DNA of 18,627 nt from Candidatus Krumholzibacteriota bacterium (GTDB lineage: Bacteria; Krumholzibacteriota; Krumholzibacteriia; LZORAL124-64-63), in the NCBI GenBank assembly GCA_039714075.1, contig JBDLKA010000071.1:1-18627 (forward strand), given 5' to 3'. How positions within the stretch are numbered: position 1 is the stretch's first letter; each line of letters starts with the position of its first letter. This document shows, in pieces, positions 15,673-18,627 of the stretch. Made by a program: the position numbers and the translations under genes. The notes below the pieces were generated by a model that saw only the letters and a list, made by a program, of their open reading frames with translations, did no database searches and was not told the origin of the DNA.

Positions 15673-16218
15673 TTACTTGTAGATCACCATGTCCTTCATG
15701 GAGACCAGGATGCAGACGACCTCGTTGATTTCATTTTCGCCGTGGCCGAGGTTCTTCATGGCCTGGCCGACATCGTGGCCGGCCGAGAGGAAGTCGGCTT
15801 CGGTGAACTGGTGGCGGGCATGGGCGGCCTTCATGTTCTGGCCGTGGTAGCTTTCGGTGCCTCCGGTGCCCGCAGCGACGAAATCGGCCACGCTCTTGGC
15901 CAGCTTATCGCCGTCCACGTACTTCATCATCAGCCGGAAATCCTCATTCTCCTGGTGGAGACGCACGATTTCCTTGGTCAGGGCGTGGATTTTCTCGTAT
16001 CCGCCCAGGCGGTCGTACAATGATTTTTCGGCCTGGCGGGCGCTCCGCGCATCCGCGGATTCCTCGCACATGGTCACCAAACCCTGCATGGCCGCCGAGG
16101 ACGAGGGTTGCTCTTTGGGGTGCTCGCCAGGGTGCTCATTCCCGCCGGCGATCGCCAAAACCGGGATAAATACCAGCAAAACAGCCATTTTGACCAGGAT
16201 CGACACTGAATTCTTCAT
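15673..16218 (-). CDS. Group I truncated (2/2) haemoglobin with N-terminal signal peptide
   Basis: ATG 16218 after AAGGAG. Signal MKNSVSILVKMAVLLVFIPVLAIA-G. Globin motifs SLYDRLGG, AAGTGG...Y.G..M..AH (proximal His F8), FTEADF. Confidence 0.88.
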   Translation of the reverse strand: MKNSVSILVKMAVLLVFIPVLAIAGGNEHPGEHPKEQPSSSAAMQGLVTMCEESADARSARQAEKSLYDRLGGYEKIHALTKEIVRLHQENEDFRLMMKYVDGDKLAKSVADFVAAGTGGTESYHGQNMKAAHARHQFTEADFLSAGHDVGQAMKNLGHGENEINEVVCILVSMKDMVIYK

Positions 16219-16256
16219 GCTAAAGACTCCTTCTGGGGATTGAAAGTGATGTTCAT

Positions 16257-16311
16257 ATTCTACATGGTTTTTTGGGAGTTGCATGAAAATCCGATGAAAA
16301 ATGTATGTGAT
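16257..16311 (-). promoter_or_regulatory. Candidate globin promoter with 11-bp-period direct repeats (OmpR/PhoB-type operator)
   Basis: Plus-strand ATGAAAA at 16283 and 16294 and ATGTGAT at 16305 (TTTTCAT on the minus strand). TAGAAT -10-like hexamer at 16257-16262 (minus). No consensus -35. Confidence 0.55.
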
Positions 16312-16324
16312 CTGGAAATTTTTA

Positions 16325-18280
16325 TCAATTCCGGCGCCAGCGATAGCCGAAACCCCTTACCGTTTCTATTCTTGCCTCTTCGGCGCCCAGTTTCCGGCGC
16401 AGCGTTTTGACCACTGCGTCCACGACGTTGCTGCCCACATGGGCCCCGTCCGAGTCCCAGACGGCCTCCAGGATGTCATCCCGCGAGGCGGTGGCCCCGC
16501 CGAGGGCTTCCAGATACTCCATGAGTCCGTATTCGAGTGGTGTGAGGGGCACTTCCTCGCCGTCGAGAACCAGGGCGCGGCGGTCCCGGTCCAGCAGCCC
16601 GCCTTCCTGGACGCCCAGTTCCTCGCCCACCAGTCCGGTGATCCAGCCGTCCACCGAGGCGGGGCCGAAGTCGAGCATCGCGGCCGGGAAGGAAGTGGAG
16701 CCCAGCTTGGCCGCACAATCCTCGAGAATCCGGAATCCGAGACGGGTCGCCACTTCCGCGTAGGGGCCGAGGTCGGCCACCGTGAGATAGGCCCGCCGCA
16801 GGGCCGGGCGCAGTTCCATATAGGTCCTTTTCATGTCTAGCCAGCAGGCGGCCTGTTCGGCCGAGGGGATCTCCCCGTCCCGGTCCGCCAGCCAGCGGCG
16901 GATGAAAAGGCATTTGCTCCCGGCGGGGATCGGCTCTTCCGCGAGGTGCCGGCTCCAGGACTTGGCAACCGGGTCCTTTCGCAACAACGCCGCGGGCAGG
17001 TCGGCGGCCTCGCTCATGCAGTAGAAACCGACCACACTGTCTTCGCGGTCGCGCACGACACGGAAAGCGTCGGGACGAAAGGTCCACCATGCTTCCAGGG
17101 CGGCGGCGCCGTCCGGACCGTCGTGACGGGCGGCAATCGCCTGAACCGCCTTTGCATCCTCGGCACGGGCGGCCTCCACGGCGAACTCCAGGTTTCCGGA
17201 GGGGAAAAAGGCCTCGCGGACGACGGGATTTTCGATCAGGTAGATCATGTCGGCGGTGTAGCGCCAGATGTCGGCCACCGGCGCGGCGCTCACTTCCCGG
17301 CGCAACTGCCGCCAGACCCGGCGGCGGCAGGCGTAGTACTGCTCCGGGTCGTTGGCCTTCAGGGTTCGCGCCATGGCTTCGCGGACGGTCTCGTGGAGAC
17401 AGAGCCCATCCCGCCGGATATCGACGATGGGCAGCTCGCGCAGGGCATCGAAAAGTTTCTCGTCGCCGAGGGAAAACGCGCGCAAAAGCGAGCGCGTGAT
17501 CCGGCGGGCCACACTGGCGAAACGCAGGGCGTCGCGAAGCGAGGGATCGGCGACGTCGTCCAGGAACATGGCCGCGAGCTGCTGCATCACTTCCTGGATG
17601 GCCCTTTCGCGAAAGGCCTCCGCCCCATGGACGCGGGCGGATGAAGCGGCGAGTTTCAGGGCCATGGGATTGCCGTGGGTCACGGCGGCCAACTGGTCGG
17701 CCGCAGCGGAATCGAGACCCGCGGCGGTCAGCAGCTCCATGCCGTCGGCCCTGTCCAGCGGCTCGACGGGCCGGGCGTGGACCAGGCCGTACCAGTCGGG
17801 CGACGTCAGCCACTGGGTTACCGGCGGGCGCCGGCCGGCCATCAACAGGCGGACGTTGTCCGGCATGGCGGGCAAAAAGACGCCGCGCAACCAGGTGTCC
17901 ATCAGCAGAAAAGAATCGTAGTGATCCACCGCCAGGATCACGGTGGCGTCGGTCTTCCCCAGAATCCCCACCGCGTCGTCGAGACTTGCCGCCGCGTCAC
18001 CGGTCAGCCGGCCCAGCTCCGACAGGAAGCCGCGTTCGGTCGGTTCGACGAGCCGCCCGTCCATCACCAGGACCTGTGCCCCTTTGTCGCCGGCCTGCTC
18101 GGCGAATTTCATCACCAGTGATGATTTTCCCACCCCGGGAATGCCGTGAAGGAAGACAACCAGGGGTTCGGCCCCGTCCAGCAACTTGTGCAGATGGGCG
18201 AGATCCTCATCGCGTCCGACAAAGGCTTCGCCGGCCCTGCGCGCAAGCAGGCGGTCGATGGATTTGGATTGATCCCGCAT
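16325..18280 (-). CDS. STAND-like AAA ATPase fused to a C-terminal OmpR/PhoB winged-helix DNA-binding domain (transcriptional regulator)
   Basis: FVGRDEDL, Walker A GIPGVGKS, Walker B ILAVDHYD, GxP motif THGNPMAL. C-terminal LTPLEYGLMEYL...SRDDILEAVW...SNVVDAVVKTLRRKL...IETVRGFGYR. Confidence 0.9.
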   Translation of the reverse strand: MRDQSKSIDRLLARRAGEAFVGRDEDLAHLHKLLDGAEPLVVFLHGIPGVGKSSLVMKFAEQAGDKGAQVLVMDGRLVEPTERGFLSELGRLTGDAAASLDDAVGILGKTDATVILAVDHYDSFLLMDTWLRGVFLPAMPDNVRLLMAGRRPPVTQWLTSPDWYGLVHARPVEPLDRADGMELLTAAGLDSAAADQLAAVTHGNPMALKLAASSARVHGAEAFRERAIQEVMQQLAAMFLDDVADPSLRDALRFASVARRITRSLLRAFSLGDEKLFDALRELPIVDIRRDGLCLHETVREAMARTLKANDPEQYYACRRRVWRQLRREVSAAPVADIWRYTADMIYLIENPVVREAFFPSGNLEFAVEAARAEDAKAVQAIAARHDGPDGAAALEAWWTFRPDAFRVVRDREDSVVGFYCMSEAADLPAALLRKDPVAKSWSRHLAEEPIPAGSKCLFIRRWLADRDGEIPSAEQAACWLDMKRTYMELRPALRRAYLTVADLGPYAEVATRLGFRILEDCAAKLGSTSFPAAMLDFGPASVDGWITGLVGEELGVQEGGLLDRDRRALVLDGEEVPLTPLEYGLMEYLEALGGATASRDDILEAVWDSDGAHVGSNVVDAVVKTLRRKLGAEEARIETVRGFGYRWRRN

Positions 18281-18318
18281 AAATAGTCCCTTTCCCGCTC
18301 ATAAGCGGGTTTTGGCGT

Positions 18319-18420
18319 GGGGCCTGTCCCCATATATGGAGAACCCGGGAGGTCCTCGCTGCGATCCTGCGGATCGCGGCTGCGGAGTACCCGGGTTCTC
18401 CATATATGGGGACAGGCCCC
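18319..18420. repeat. Long palindrome (element 2): 31-bp perfect arms around the same hairpin core as element 1
   Basis: GGGGCCTGTCCCCATATATGGAGAACCCGGG (18319-18349) and its exact reverse complement (18390-18420). Inner hairpin GCGATCC-TGC-GGATCGC. Confidence 0.95.
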
Positions 18421-18431
18421 GAAGCAACTAC

Positions 18432-18627
18432 CTACTTATGGTCGGTAAGATACTTCGCCACACCTTCGGCGGTGGGGGTCATGGCGTCGTCGCCTTTGGA
18501 CCAGTTCGCGGGGCAGACTTCCCCGTGCTCCTCGAGGTGCTGCAGGGCGTCGACCATGCGGATCATCTCGTCGATGTTCCGGCCCAGGCCCAGGTTGTTG
18601 ACGGTGCTGTGCTGCACGATGCCGTCC
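18432..18627 (-). CDS. ahpC: 2-Cys peroxiredoxin (AhpC/Prx1), C-terminal fragment; 5' part outside window
   Basis: DGIVQHSTVNNLGLGRNIDEMIRMVDALQHLEEHGEVCPANWSKG...: GRN motif and resolving VCP motif. Confidence 0.92.
   Translation of the reverse strand, partial: DGIVQHSTVNNLGLGRNIDEMIRMVDALQHLEEHGEVCPANWSKGDDAMTPTAEGVAKYLTDHK

Noticed and set aside
1..18627. CRISPR array, tRNA/rRNA, transposase or integrase genes
   Set aside because: No regularly spaced direct repeats, cloverleaf or rRNA-like sequence, or mobile-element ORF seen.

Overview
High-GC bacterial chromosomal window. A C-terminal FlgD-Ig/T9SS-A-like sorting domain suggests an FCB-group lineage such as Ca. Krumholzibacteriota or Latescibacterota (inference). 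Gene order: a >1018-aa secreted protein (minus strand, runs off the left edge, absent from the ORF track); rlmD; a tightly coupled four-gene + strand operon (NlpC/P60 lipoprotein, barrel-only Omp85 protein, signal-peptide-bearing kinase-fold protein, Npt/Tlc-type nucleotide translocase); cheW and an HDOD protein; thiI; pgi; an NrfJ-like OB-fold lipoprotein; and a minus-strand redox cluster (peroxiredoxin fragment, STAND-ATPase/OmpR-wHTH regulator, exported group I truncated haemoglobin). Two candidates stand out. (1) The Omp85 + exported kinase + nucleotide translocase module could supply ATP to an extracytoplasmic kinase. (2) Three long palindromes mirror the 3' ends of three genes and decay with distance from their centres. 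Two of them share a covarying hairpin core, and one lies next to a sharp T-ending-codon anomaly.
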